Origin: a bacterium
GTDB taxonomy: Bacteria > UBA8248
Assembly: GCA_965203325.1 (NCBI GenBank)
Contig: OZ241875.1
Location: forward strand, 4,160,001-4,224,000
DNA length: 64,000 nucleotides
Reading direction: 5' to 3'
Below, in pieces: positions 21,257 through 31,540 of this stretch; position 1 is the first letter of the stretch, and each line of letters starts with the position of its first letter. A program made the translations under genes and the position numbers. A model generated the notes under the pieces. The model was not told the DNA's origin and made no database searches. It saw only the letters and a list, made by a program, of their open reading frames with translations.

Positions 21257-22111
21257 ATGAAAGTCCTTGATACGCCTCAAAAAATGCGTGAGTTGGCCGA
21301 AGCTCTCAGGCGGGATGACGCGCCGCTCGGGCTGGTTCCCACGATGGGGGCGCTGCACGAGGGGCACAAAAGCCTCATCGACCGGGCGAGGGAGGAGTGC
21401 GGCGCCGCCGTCGTGAGCATTTTCGTGAACCCGGCCCAATTCGGGGCCGGTGAGGATTACGACACCTACCCGAGGACTTTCGAGGCGGATCTGGAGGCCT
21501 GCCGGGAGATGGGCGTGGCTTGCGTCTACGCGCCCAGGGCGAATGCCATGTATCCGGGCGGATACGACACCTGGGTGGACGTGCCCGGCCTGGGCGCGCC
21601 CCTTTGCGGGAGCCACCGGCAAGGGCATTTCCGCGGCGTGGCCACGGTCGTGCTCAAGCTGTTCACGGCCTGCCTCCCGCACCGGGCGTATTTCGGAGAA
21701 AAAGATTACCAGCAACTCGTCCTGATCCGCCGGATGACGCAAGACCTCGACTTAGGCATTGAGATCATTCCCTGCGCGATAGTCCGAGAAGACGACGGAA
21801 TGGCGCTCAGCAGCAGGAACGCCTATTTATCGGCGGATGAGCGATCGCGCGCGCGCGCCATCAGCGGCGCCTTGTTCGACGCGAAAAAGAGGGTGGCGGG
21901 CGGGGAGAGACTTTCCGCCGCCATCGTTCGGGCTTGCGTGGATGAACTGGAGAAGGTTGAGGCGAGGGTCGATTATGTGGAAATCGTGGAACCGGCGACG
22001 CTCGAAAGGGTAGAGAAGATAAACGGCGCCGCCCGGATGGCCGTGGCGGCCTATATCGGCGAAACCAGGCTGATCGACAACATCTTGCTGGAGCCTGACG
22101 ATGAGGCGTAG
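21257..22111 (+). CDS. panC: Pantoate--beta-alanine ligase
   Basis: VPTMGALHEGH, SIFVNPAQF, FGEKDYQQ, ALSSRN, RLIDN. Confidence 0.97.
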   Translation: MKVLDTPQKMRELAEALRRDDAPLGLVPTMGALHEGHKSLIDRAREECGAAVVSIFVNPAQFGAGEDYDTYPRTFEADLEACREMGVACVYAPRANAMYPGGYDTWVDVPGLGAPLCGSHRQGHFRGVATVVLKLFTACLPHRAYFGEKDYQQLVLIRRMTQDLDLGIEIIPCAIVREDDGMALSSRNAYLSADERSRARAISGALFDAKKRVAGGERLSAAIVRACVDELEKVEARVDYVEIVEPATLERVEKINGAARMAVAAYIGETRLIDNILLEPDDEA

Positions 22112-24764
22112 TCTCCTCATTATCGCGGCGCTCATTCTGGCGGGGTCCGCCCTCGCGCCGTTATCCCTGGTTCGGGCGCAATTCAAGGAAACCCCGCAGT
22201 CTCATCTCGAATTCGGCCTGAACACCTACCGGGACGGGTTTTACGAGCCTGCGATTGACGCCTTCCGGGCCTACCTCAAAGGAGCGGGCAACAGCAAGGC
22301 GGCTTCGATCGTGCGTTATCTCCTCGCCGAGGCGCTGCGTCGCGATGATCGGCCGGGAGAGGCCATCGCCGCGTATCAGGCGTTCGTGAACCGGTATCCC
22401 CGCCACGAAAGGGCCGGCGAGGTTCAGTTTCGAATCGGCGTGCTCGCCGAGCAGATCGGAGACAGGAAGGGGGCGATCCGCGCCTATTCTTCCGTAAAGC
22501 CGGGGCGCTACCGGATAGAGGCCGTCTACCGGGTCGCCGCGCTCAGGCTGGCGAAGCGCGAGTGGCGGGGCGCGGTCGCCGCGCTCGATGAATTCATCAA
22601 GTCGGCGCCCAAGGACCCCCGCGCGGAAGATGCCCTCTTCGAGCGGGCCATCGCCCTGGATCACATACCGCTGATCAAAGAGGCCGAGAAGGCGTACAGT
22701 CTGGTCGTGCGCCGTTTCCCGCGCAACCCGCGGGCGCATGCCTTCAGGCTGCGTCTGGCGAAATTGCAGTTGCAACTCAAGAAGTTCGGTTCGGCGGAGA
22801 AGACGTTTGATTCCTTGTTTCAGGGACAGCCCGGAGAGAAAAAACGCGCCGACCTGAGACTGGGGCAAGCCGCGAGTCTTTTTGCGCAGAAGAAATACCC
22901 CGAGGCGGGTGCGGCATTCGAGGCCGTTCTGGGCATGAAACTTTCAGAATCACAGCGCGTGACGGCGGAGCGGGGCCTGGCCACTTCCTGGTGGCGCGCC
23001 GGTGAATACGCGAGGGCCGCGCCGGCCTATCAACGCTTGATTCGGGAGCCGGTCAGGGACGGGGCCTATCTCCTGTTTTTCCTGCAAAGCGTCGAAAAAG
23101 CGGGGCTCTGTGGGGAGGGGGGTAAAAAATATCTCGCCTTTGCGCTCGACGCTATCGGCAAAGGCGCGCCGCTGCCTTCTTCTTCACGTTTCCGGATGGC
23201 GGATTGCCTGCTCGGCGCGGGCTTGCAGAAAGAGGCGTTGGGCCAATACGGCGAACTCATCCGGAGCGCGCCGAACACGCGCGAGGCGGTGTGGTCCGGG
23301 CTGCGCTTGGCCGACCTGCTCGAAAAAGAGCCTGAGCGGAACACGCAAAAACTTCTCGAGCGGTATGGGCAGGTATTGGCGTCGTTCGAGGGGCTCAGAA
23401 AATCGGAGAAAAAAATCGAGCCCGAACTCATGCGGGCCGTATATCAGGGTGTTCTGTGGGCGGCGTTCATCCACAACGCACGAAAGGATTGCGCCCGGTC
23501 CGTCGCCCTGGTGAAAGTGGTTCCCGAGGCGTATGTCCCTCAGGCCTTGCGCGCGGAGGTGGCCTTCCTGAGCGCCGAGTGCGCGTGGAAAGCCGCCAGG
23601 TTCGATGAGGCGGGCGCGTATTATCGCCGGGTCGTCCCCGGCGGGAGACGCCCCGAACTCAACATCCGGGCGCGGTATCGACTGGGCGAGTTGGCCGAGA
23701 GGCACGGCGACCATAAAGAGGCCTTGAAGCGTTTTCAGGGCGTTTTGCCGCATCTTCCCGAAAAATTACAGCGCGAGGCGCGCCTGAAGATCGGCAACCT
23801 GTATCGCGCGCAAGGCGATTTGCAGAAAGCGCAGGATTTTCTCCTCCCGCTTGCAGGCGATGAGACGGTGAGTGCTCCGAGGAGGCGTTCGATCTGGTAC
23901 TTTCTGGCGCGAAATGCCGTCAGCGCGCGGGACTGGAAAGGCGCGGATGCGGCCTTCTCGTCCTGGGACGCGCTCGACCCGCCCGAGCCCGGCGAGGGAC
24001 TCGGACTGTGGGCGCTCGTGTTGTTCGAGCGAAAAGACTGTGGCCGCGCCGTGAAGACGTCCGCGCGGGCGCTTCAGCATCAGAGGACGAAGAACGAGAA
24101 GTTGGCATTACACCGGCACCGGGCGTCGTGTTTCCTCAAACAGGACAATTTGAGGGAATTCGCAGGGGCGCTTCGCCATATTCGCACCCTTGCCCCTCAG
24201 AATTCGGATGTGGCCCTGAGGCTGGGGGAAGCCTTCGAGAACCTAGGAGATAACGACAAGGCCGCGAAAGCCTATGCCGATTTTCTGGGCAAATTCCCTG
24301 GAAACGGCAAAGCGGGTATGGTGGCCTTGCGGCTTGGTACGATTGAGCTGGGGAGAAAACGGCCCGGAGCGGCGTTGGCTGCTTTTCGAATCGCCGCAAA
24401 ATCGAATGACGGGAACATTTCCGGTCCCGCCCGGTTCCAAATCGCGATGCGGTTCGAGGAAGAGGGGGAATGGAACAAGGCGCTCGATATCTTCGAGTCG
24501 TTGATGCGCTCGGGTCCGGGCCATCGGGAGTGGGTGCGCTCGGCGGCCTGGCGCGCGGCGGCGATTCGTGAATCGCGCCGGGAGTGGGAGAAGGCGATCG
24601 GCCATTACCGAAGCATTGCGGCGCTCGAAAACGGGCGGGTTTCGACGCGGATGGGAGAAGAAATCAAGAAGGCGAGATTAAGGATTCGCAGGCTTGAGTC
24701 TTACCTGGCTTCGGTCAAGGAGCGCGAATGGAAAATGAACAACCAAAAGCCGATGCTTCGATGA
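22101..24764 (+). CDS. Exported tetratricopeptide-repeat protein (887 aa)
   Basis: Signal peptide; many TPR units of the YfiO/CpoB type (AYQAFVNRYPRH, YADFLGKFPGN). Confidence 0.85.
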   Translation: MRRSLLIIAALILAGSALAPLSLVRAQFKETPQSHLEFGLNTYRDGFYEPAIDAFRAYLKGAGNSKAASIVRYLLAEALRRDDRPGEAIAAYQAFVNRYPRHERAGEVQFRIGVLAEQIGDRKGAIRAYSSVKPGRYRIEAVYRVAALRLAKREWRGAVAALDEFIKSAPKDPRAEDALFERAIALDHIPLIKEAEKAYSLVVRRFPRNPRAHAFRLRLAKLQLQLKKFGSAEKTFDSLFQGQPGEKKRADLRLGQAASLFAQKKYPEAGAAFEAVLGMKLSESQRVTAERGLATSWWRAGEYARAAPAYQRLIREPVRDGAYLLFFLQSVEKAGLCGEGGKKYLAFALDAIGKGAPLPSSSRFRMADCLLGAGLQKEALGQYGELIRSAPNTREAVWSGLRLADLLEKEPERNTQKLLERYGQVLASFEGLRKSEKKIEPELMRAVYQGVLWAAFIHNARKDCARSVALVKVVPEAYVPQALRAEVAFLSAECAWKAARFDEAGAYYRRVVPGGRRPELNIRARYRLGELAERHGDHKEALKRFQGVLPHLPEKLQREARLKIGNLYRAQGDLQKAQDFLLPLAGDETVSAPRRRSIWYFLARNAVSARDWKGADAAFSSWDALDPPEPGEGLGLWALVLFERKDCGRAVKTSARALQHQRTKNEKLALHRHRASCFLKQDNLREFAGALRHIRTLAPQNSDVALRLGEAFENLGDNDKAAKAYADFLGKFPGNGKAGMVALRLGTIELGRKRPGAALAAFRIAAKSNDGNISGPARFQIAMRFEEEGEWNKALDIFESLMRSGPGHREWVRSAAWRAAAIRESRREWEKAIGHYRSIAALENGRVSTRMGEEIKKARLRIRRLESYLASVKEREWKMNNQKPMLR

Positions 24765-24771
24765 GGGATGA

Positions 24772-27700
24772 ATGATGCGGCTTCCGGCGTATGATATGCG
24801 GCGCAAGCTTCTCCTCGGCCTGGCGGCGATATGCCTTGGTTGGCCGGGTGCGGAAAATCATGCGTCGGCGCAGGGAAAAAGCGCCGCCGGCGGGGAGCAA
24901 CTCACCATTTCCCTGCCGGAAGTCGTGGTGGAATCGCCCAGCATCGAGCATCTCATCGCTGCCCGCGTGCGGCCCGTGCCCCCCAAGCGACTGGGCGTTC
25001 GCCTTCCCCCCGTATTCATCAAGCTCGAAGCTCCATCGATTCGCCTGCCCGCCCGCCCGATTCCGGTTGAGAAAAAACCGGACCAGGATTTGACGCTGTA
25101 CTTCGGGAGTTCGTCGGATGATTTTGTCAGCGAGAGTGAACATTTCAACACGGCGTACGCCTATCTGCGCAAGGGCTCGCCCGTAGAGGCGCTCGTTCTT
25201 TTCGATGCTTTGGCGAATAAAACGAAGCTTCATTTTTGGCGCGCGGCGGCGCTCTACTGGGCGGGAGAGACGCTTCTGGATTTAAGAAAACCTCAGGAGG
25301 CGAGGGTTAGAAGAGAGAGGTTGTCGAGCCTGCTGCTGGCCGACGGTCTGGACTATGGGGCGGCCGCAAGATACGCCCTGGCGCAAGAGCGTTGCGAGGC
25401 GCGTGACTACGAGGGGTGTCTCGGTCTGCTGGAGGGGGGATCGTGGGAAAAAGGAAGCTTCGCCTATGAAGAGGCGATTTTCCTGAAAGGCTGGGCGCAG
25501 GCGAAAGCGGGCGCCGTCGATGAGGCGATCGAGACCTGGACGATGCTTGCGAACGTGAAGGGGCGGCTGACGTTTCAGTCCCGCGTGGCGCTCGGGCATA
25601 TCCATCTCCAAAGAGGAGATTACGCCCGGGCGGAAAAACGCTATGCGGCCGCCGAAGCGCTCGCCTCCGGCGAAGGCAAGCCTGACGAGGCGCTTCAGGG
25701 AGAAGCGTTGTACGGCATCGGGTGGACGCGATTGTTCCTGGGCCGGGTCGAGGAGGCGAAGCGCGCTTTTTCTCTCTTCATGCGCGATCACCCGAAACAT
25801 CTCCTCGAGGTTTTCGTACACGCGGGTTTGCTTTCCGCTGAAATCGAGTCGATCCGGAAATCCCGGAAAGGGTTGAAAGCGTTGAAAACCCGCCTTTCGG
25901 GATTTTCCCGCGCCAATCGCCGGAAAACGCTCGCCGGCGCTTTGCGCCTGCAACTGGCCTGGAAGTTGTTCCGAATTGGGGTGTATGAAGAAGCGTCCGT
26001 TCTGGCGGGCAAGGTAAGCGATGAGTTCCCGCTCGGCAGAATCTATCGCATCGCGAGAATCGTGGAGGGCCTCTCTCGATACCACCTCGGAAAAGTGAAG
26101 CGCGCCTACGGGATTCTGCGGCAGGGCGCGGATTACCCGCCGGTTTCCGCTCATCGGCTGGCGGAGCAGGATGCCGCCCGTTCTGCGGCGATGGGGACGG
26201 CTTTCGCCGCATTCAGGCTCCGGGATTTCAAGGGCGCTTTGAATGTGCTGAAGCATTGGGTTTTCCTGCCGGAGAGAGGTTCCGCGGTTTCGCCGGATGG
26301 GCTGGCCATGTTGTGGTATGGGGAGGCGGCCTTCGAATTGGGCCGTCTCGATGAGGCGGCCCGCGCCTTCCGGGCGGTTCCCGAGCGGACGCCCGAGTAT
26401 TACCGCGCCCTGGGAGGACTCGCGTGGGTCCAGTACCGGAAGATGAACTGGAAAGAAGCGGCGCTCGCCTTCGACCGCGTTTTCGAGCATAAGCCGGGGG
26501 GCGTCCTGGCGGCCGAAGCTCTCGCTCGCGCGGGAGAGGCCCGCTTCAACCTCAGAAACTACGACGGCGCCCTGCAATCTTTCGAAAGCATAGAGAAGAA
26601 ATACAGAGGCAGCGACGTGGCCAAAGAGGCGTTGTACCAGAAGGCGAAACTGCTATTCAGGCGCAGTCGTTTCGATGCGGCGGAGGAGAACCTTCATGTC
26701 TTCTTGAAGCGCTACCCCAAAAGCAAGGAGGTGGCCGAGGTACAATATATTCTGGCGCTGATTCCCTTCCGCAAAGGCGATTACTCCCTGGCGCGGGAGA
26801 AACTTCTTGAGTTTCGCGAAACATATAGAGATTCCTCCCGGGTGGGCGAAGCGTATTTGCGCCAAGCCGACGCATCATACAATGAAGGTCGCTACAGGGA
26901 GGCGAACCGGTTATATCGCCTTATGATGAACGGGTATCCCTCTCACCCGAAGTTCTCCGAAGCCGTCTATGGCCGTTTGCTCACCCACCTTCAACTCGGG
27001 GAGTATGCGAAATTCTTGTCGGGCGCGCGTGCGTATGTTGACCGGTATCCGGAGAGCAACCTGAGCATTTCCCTGGCTTTTCAAATCGGCGAGGTTTTGC
27101 TCACGCAGCGGAACACTGCAGGCGCCTTGAGGGCCTACAAGGATGTCATCGCGCAATACCCGCAAAACCAGCTGGCCGCTCATGCCCTCTTGAGGATAGC
27201 GGGCATATATCGAAGCGAGAAAGATATCGACAAGGCCCTTGATTCATATGAGACTTTGTTGACCCGGTATCCGGCGGGCGGTTTCCGCGCCGATGGGCTG
27301 TTCGCCGTCGGGGAAACCTTGGCCGGCATCGGGCGGTGCGCGGAGGCGAAGCAAAGGCTGACGGAATTCCTGAAGACGTATCCGGGCCATGACTATGAAA
27401 TGCTGGCTCGATTCGCTCTGGGGCGCTGCCTGGTTCGGCTGGCCGAGGACCGCGCGGCGCTCTCTCACTTTGCGATGATCGTGAACAGTGAATTCGCGGG
27501 CGTGGATTTGCGCAGTCAATCCGCGCTCCTGGCGGCCGGGCTGTACAGGAAGCGAAGAAAATACGCCGATGCGCAGCGTGCGCTGGGCTTCGCCGTCGAT
27601 TATGGAGCGCCGGAACTGGCGGCGGAGGCGTTCTTCGCGCACGCCCGGATATTCTCCGAGCGGAGAGAGCCGGGCGCGGCGGCAGAGTACTTGAAGTTGA

Positions 27701-27906
27701 CCTATCGATACCCGGATCAGAAAATATGGGTGGCGCGGGCGTTGGGGCGGGCAGGTGAGTTGTATGAAAAAGCGGGGAAACGAAAGCTCGCCCTCCGGGT
27801 GTACCGGAAGCTGAGCAAAGTGGCGGAAGATACCGCATGGAAGCGGAAAGCTCGAATCGCCATCAGGCGAATTACGAAACAAACCAGGAAGCGTGCGCGG
27901 CAGTGA
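24772..27906 (+). CDS. Exported tetratricopeptide-repeat protein (1044 aa)
   Basis: Signal peptide, Pro-rich N-terminal segment, many TPR units (FLKRYPKS, YETLLTRYP). Confidence 0.85.
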   Translation: MMRLPAYDMRRKLLLGLAAICLGWPGAENHASAQGKSAAGGEQLTISLPEVVVESPSIEHLIAARVRPVPPKRLGVRLPPVFIKLEAPSIRLPARPIPVEKKPDQDLTLYFGSSSDDFVSESEHFNTAYAYLRKGSPVEALVLFDALANKTKLHFWRAAALYWAGETLLDLRKPQEARVRRERLSSLLLADGLDYGAAARYALAQERCEARDYEGCLGLLEGGSWEKGSFAYEEAIFLKGWAQAKAGAVDEAIETWTMLANVKGRLTFQSRVALGHIHLQRGDYARAEKRYAAAEALASGEGKPDEALQGEALYGIGWTRLFLGRVEEAKRAFSLFMRDHPKHLLEVFVHAGLLSAEIESIRKSRKGLKALKTRLSGFSRANRRKTLAGALRLQLAWKLFRIGVYEEASVLAGKVSDEFPLGRIYRIARIVEGLSRYHLGKVKRAYGILRQGADYPPVSAHRLAEQDAARSAAMGTAFAAFRLRDFKGALNVLKHWVFLPERGSAVSPDGLAMLWYGEAAFELGRLDEAARAFRAVPERTPEYYRALGGLAWVQYRKMNWKEAALAFDRVFEHKPGGVLAAEALARAGEARFNLRNYDGALQSFESIEKKYRGSDVAKEALYQKAKLLFRRSRFDAAEENLHVFLKRYPKSKEVAEVQYILALIPFRKGDYSLAREKLLEFRETYRDSSRVGEAYLRQADASYNEGRYREANRLYRLMMNGYPSHPKFSEAVYGRLLTHLQLGEYAKFLSGARAYVDRYPESNLSISLAFQIGEVLLTQRNTAGALRAYKDVIAQYPQNQLAAHALLRIAGIYRSEKDIDKALDSYETLLTRYPAGGFRADGLFAVGETLAGIGRCAEAKQRLTEFLKTYPGHDYEMLARFALGRCLVRLAEDRAALSHFAMIVNSEFAGVDLRSQSALLAAGLYRKRRKYADAQRALGFAVDYGAPELAAEAFFAHARIFSERREPGAAAEYLKLTYRYPDQKIWVARALGRAGELYEKAGKRKLALRVYRKLSKVAEDTAWKRKARIAIRRITKQTRKRARQ

Positions 27907-27943
27907 TAATCGAAGGCTCACACTAACTCAAAGGTGGGTGTTG

Positions 27944-28543
27944 ATGTTTGAATTTTTGGCCAGAGGCGGGGTGTTGATGATTCCGTTGGGTGTTTGCTCC
28001 ATCTTGGCCTTGGCCATTGTCCTGGAGCGGACCCTGAATCTACGCACCAGGAAAATCATTCAACTCGATATATTGCAGCAGGTCCGGGATCTGGTTGCGG
28101 AGAACCAAGTGTCCGACGCCATAACCCTTTGCCGGCGCTATCCTTCGGTCATGGGCAGGATACTGCTCGTTACGATAGCGAATCACGACAGAAATCGGGA
28201 AGAACTCCGCTCCGTCGTGGAGGATGCGGGCAGACAGGAAGTTACTACGCTCGACAAAAATCTGGGCGCCTTGGGAACGATCGCCGCCATATCGCCGCTC
28301 ATCGGGCTGACGGGTACGGTTTTCGGCATGATTCGCACCTTCGCCATCATCAGCGAGAAGGGGATTGCTCACCCGAGCCAACTCGCGGGCGGCATCTACG
28401 AAGCGCTCATCACGACGGCGACCGGACTCGTCATCGCCATACCCACGCTCATTTTCTACAACTATTTCACCAACAAGGCGGACCGCCTCATCCTGGAAAT
28501 CGAAAAGCACTCCTACCGGGTCGTCGAGACGCTGAAGAGGTGA
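27944..28543 (+). CDS. exbB: MotA/TolQ/ExbB proton channel protein
   Basis: GGVLMIPL, LGTIAAISPLIGLTGTVFGMI, GIYEALITTATGL. Confidence 0.9.
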   Translation: MFEFLARGGVLMIPLGVCSILALAIVLERTLNLRTRKIIQLDILQQVRDLVAENQVSDAITLCRRYPSVMGRILLVTIANHDRNREELRSVVEDAGRQEVTTLDKNLGALGTIAAISPLIGLTGTVFGMIRTFAIISEKGIAHPSQLAGGIYEALITTATGLVIAIPTLIFYNYFTNKADRLILEIEKHSYRVVETLKR

Positions 28544-28550
28544 GCGAGCG

Positions 28551-28976
28551 ATGAAATTTCGAGACATCAGGCGCGTGCGGGCCGAACCCGGCATGACGGC
28601 CATGATCGACATCATCTTCCTGCTGCTTCTGTTCTTTGTCCTGAGTTCTTCATTCGTTCTGCAGCCGGGCGTCAAGGTGGAGTTGCCGCGTACCGTCACG
28701 CAGGAACACCCCGTCCGCAAGGATTTGATACTCATCATTTCGCGTGATGAAAGGGTGTTTTTGAATAACGATCAGGTCCCCCTGAAATCGCTCTGGGGCC
28801 GGTTGATAGAAGAGTTGAAGGTGCAGCCGGAGGGCCTGATCATCATTCGGGCGGACAAGGGCGTACCGCACGGGATGGTCGTGCAGGTGATGGATATCGC
28901 CAAGCAGGCGGGTGCCCTGCGTATGTCGATTGCGACGGCGCCGACGAAACGGGTGCAGAAAAAGACAACGAAATAG
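28551..28976 (+). CDS. exbD: ExbD/TolR biopolymer transport protein
   Basis: MTAMIDIIFLLLLFF and IRADKGVPHGMVVQVMD. Confidence 0.92.
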   Translation: MKFRDIRRVRAEPGMTAMIDIIFLLLLFFVLSSSFVLQPGVKVELPRTVTQEHPVRKDLILIISRDERVFLNNDQVPLKSLWGRLIEELKVQPEGLIIIRADKGVPHGMVVQVMDIAKQAGALRMSIATAPTKRVQKKTTK

Positions 28977-29001
28977 CCCGAGGGAGGCCGGCTCGAAGAC
29001 C

Positions 29002-29847
29002 ATGAGTTTTTCACTTATCCTGACGATCCTGGTTTCCATCGCCATTCATATGGGATTGATTCTGCTCGGCCCTGCTGTAACGCTGGGCCCGATATTCGCC
29101 GGACAAGCCGAAAGAATGGAAGTCGATCTCGTGCGCCGCGAGATTCCCATTCCCGAAGCGCTGCTGCCGAAGGTGCTGCCCGAAGTTCCCCTGCCGGAAC
29201 CGCTTGATTTGAGCCGTATGCTTCAAAAGCGCCCCTTGGGCGATCGGGACCTGAACCTGGACGTGAAGACGAAGTTCGCAGCGCCCGATCCGGGGGAGTT
29301 GCCCGAGAGCGAGCCGCTGCCCGACGCCCCGGCTTTGGAAATGCCGAAACCGGTGCTTGCGCCCGGCGAGATACCCTCGATGGGCGCTTTGCAGGCGGGC
29401 GGGGCGCTGGACGAAATCGTTTTGCCGGTAGATGAAAAGGCAAAGGCAGGAGAATCAAGGGGTTTGAAGCGCAGGAAAAAGGTGGCACTGCCGAGTTCCG
29501 AAGCGGACCGGAAAATGCTGGAGCAATTATCGCGCCTGAATTTCTCCCGCTCCGACAGCCAGAAGGGGCGGACCAACATCGCGGGGCCGGCGGCGAGGCG
29601 GAGAATCCTGTTTCAGCCCAAACCCCCGAAACTCGAGAGGCTCGAGAGCACGACGGAGATCGTGCTGAAGTTCTGGGTGTTGCCCGACGGCACCGTCGGC
29701 CGCGTCATTCCGACCAGAAAGGCGAGCGCCTACCTCGAGGGTCTGGCCTCGAACCACCTGAAGCGCTGGCGTTTCAGTCCGCTTCCTCCGGGCTCCGAGG
29801 ACAAGGAGCAATGGGGCGAGATCGCCTTCCGTTTCCTTTTACGCTGA
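29002..29847 (+). CDS. TonB/TolA-like energy transducer
   Basis: TM with SxxxH (SIAIH), Pro-rich linker, TonB_C-like end (FWVLPDGTV...WRFSP). Confidence 0.8.
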   Translation: MSFSLILTILVSIAIHMGLILLGPAVTLGPIFAGQAERMEVDLVRREIPIPEALLPKVLPEVPLPEPLDLSRMLQKRPLGDRDLNLDVKTKFAAPDPGELPESEPLPDAPALEMPKPVLAPGEIPSMGALQAGGALDEIVLPVDEKAKAGESRGLKRRKKVALPSSEADRKMLEQLSRLNFSRSDSQKGRTNIAGPAARRRILFQPKPPKLERLESTTEIVLKFWVLPDGTVGRVIPTRKASAYLEGLASNHLKRWRFSPLPPGSEDKEQWGEIAFRFLLR

Positions 29848-29857
29848 GGAGTGTGTC

Positions 29858-30316
29858 TTGGAATACGAAACTACAGGCTTGTTTTATGAGGAATTCGAAG
29901 AGGGCAGGGCGTGGAAGACCGCCGCGCGCACGATAGGCGAGTCCGACGTCAACGCCTTCTCCGCCCTGACGGGCGATTACACCTATCTGCACACCGATGC
30001 GGAGGCGGCGGCCAGGACGCCTTTCGGAGAAAGGGTGGGCCACGGATTGCTCGGGCTTTCCTTTCTCATGGGTCTGGTGACGAGGCTCGGCATCGTCGAG
30101 GGGACGGTCGAGGCGTTCCTGGGCGTGGACTGGCGCTTTCGCGGTCCGATCCGCTTCGACGATACGATCTCGGGCGAGGTCGTCGTGAAATCGAGGCGCA
30201 TCTCGAGCAAGGGGCAGGGGATTGTGACGCTCGCCCTGACGCTCCTGAACCAGCGCGGTGAGCGCATTCACGAGGGCGACGTCACCATCATGGTGGAGCG
30301 GAAGGAAAAGGAATAA
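29858..30316 (+). CDS. MaoC/PaaZ-like dehydratase
   Basis: FSALTGDYTYLHTD, FGERVGHG, WRFRGPIRFDDTI. Confidence 0.88.
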   Translation: MEYETTGLFYEEFEEGRAWKTAARTIGESDVNAFSALTGDYTYLHTDAEAAARTPFGERVGHGLLGLSFLMGLVTRLGIVEGTVEAFLGVDWRFRGPIRFDDTISGEVVVKSRRISSKGQGIVTLALTLLNQRGERIHEGDVTIMVERKEKE

Positions 30317-30493
30317 TTCCTGTTATCTTTTTTTTATTAGTTAGATAGACTGATTATCCGAATGTATCTCTGGAAGTCAGGCGACACGTAATTCTCCGCA
30401 GGTCACCGGAGGGGAAAGGCTGGTTTTCGGGCCGTTCGCAATTGTTCCCGTCTCGATTCGCCATCGCTTTGTCTGGCTAGGGAGGAGACGCCG

Positions 30494-31522
30494 ATGCGCG
30501 CCGTGGTTCTGCATGAATGGGGAGGCCCCCTGACGCTCGAAACGGTGCCCGACCCGGCGCCGGGCCACGGGGAGGTCGTGCTGCGCGTGCATGCGTGTGC
30601 GCCGGATCAGTTCGACGTGACCATCCGTGCGGGCCGGATCGGCGGAAAGCTGCCCCTCATCATGGGCCACGAGATCGCGGGCGAGGTGGCCGCACTCGGG
30701 CCGGGCGTCGAGGGATGGGCCGAGGGCGACCGCGCGGTCGTCCACGCCTATCTCACCTGCGGGCGGTGCCGCTTTTGCCGGCTCGGCCGGGTGACGCTGT
30801 GCGAGAATTTCCGGGGTTACTTCGGCGTGCACCAGGACGGCGGCTACGCTGAGTACGTGCGTGTGCCGGCGGGGAACCTGTGCGCCATTCCCGATGGCGT
30901 GGGCTACGCCGAGGCCACGACCATCGTGAGCCCGGTGGCGACCCCGCTCAAGGCGGTCAAGACGCGCGCGGGTGTGCGTCCGGGGGACGACGTGCTCATC
31001 GTCGGCGCCTGCGGCGGCGTGGGGATCCACGCCGTGCAGATCGCAAAAGCCTTCGGCGCGCGCGTCGTCGCGGTGGACATCGACGACGCCAAGCTCGCCC
31101 ACGCACGTGAGCTGGGCGCGGACCACGCGGTGAACGGCCTGAAGGAGGACTTCGCCGAGGTCGTGAGTGAGGTCACCGGCGGGGAGGGGGCGGACGCCGT
31201 GCTGGAGTTCGTCGGCACGGAGCAGACGCTTCCGAAGAGCTTCGCTTCGCTCGCGCGGACGGGCGTCCTCGTCGTCGTGGGCTTTCAGCCCGGAACCGTC
31301 TTCGCGAGCGACCCCACCCGCTTCGTGAACGACGAGATCACGGTAACGGGTTCTCGCTACGTGAATCACGCGGAATTGGCGGAGGCCGCCGACTGGGTCG
31401 GGGCGGGCCGGGTGAAGCCTGTCGTATCGAAGACGTACCCCCTGGCCGAGGTGGAACAAGCGCTGGCCGACCTCTCGGAAAACAAGGTGGTCGGCCGCGC
31501 GCCGGTTCTGATCGACGCGTGA
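30494..31522 (+). CDS. Zinc-binding medium-chain dehydrogenase/reductase
   Basis: GHE, structural Zn motif CGRCRFCRLGRVTLC, GACGGVG Rossmann motif. Confidence 0.9.
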   Translation: MRAVVLHEWGGPLTLETVPDPAPGHGEVVLRVHACAPDQFDVTIRAGRIGGKLPLIMGHEIAGEVAALGPGVEGWAEGDRAVVHAYLTCGRCRFCRLGRVTLCENFRGYFGVHQDGGYAEYVRVPAGNLCAIPDGVGYAEATTIVSPVATPLKAVKTRAGVRPGDDVLIVGACGGVGIHAVQIAKAFGARVVAVDIDDAKLAHARELGADHAVNGLKEDFAEVVSEVTGGEGADAVLEFVGTEQTLPKSFASLARTGVLVVVGFQPGTVFASDPTRFVNDEITVTGSRYVNHAELAEAADWVGAGRVKPVVSKTYPLAEVEQALADLSENKVVGRAPVLIDA

Positions 31523-31540
31523 GGGCAAACGCGAGCGAGG

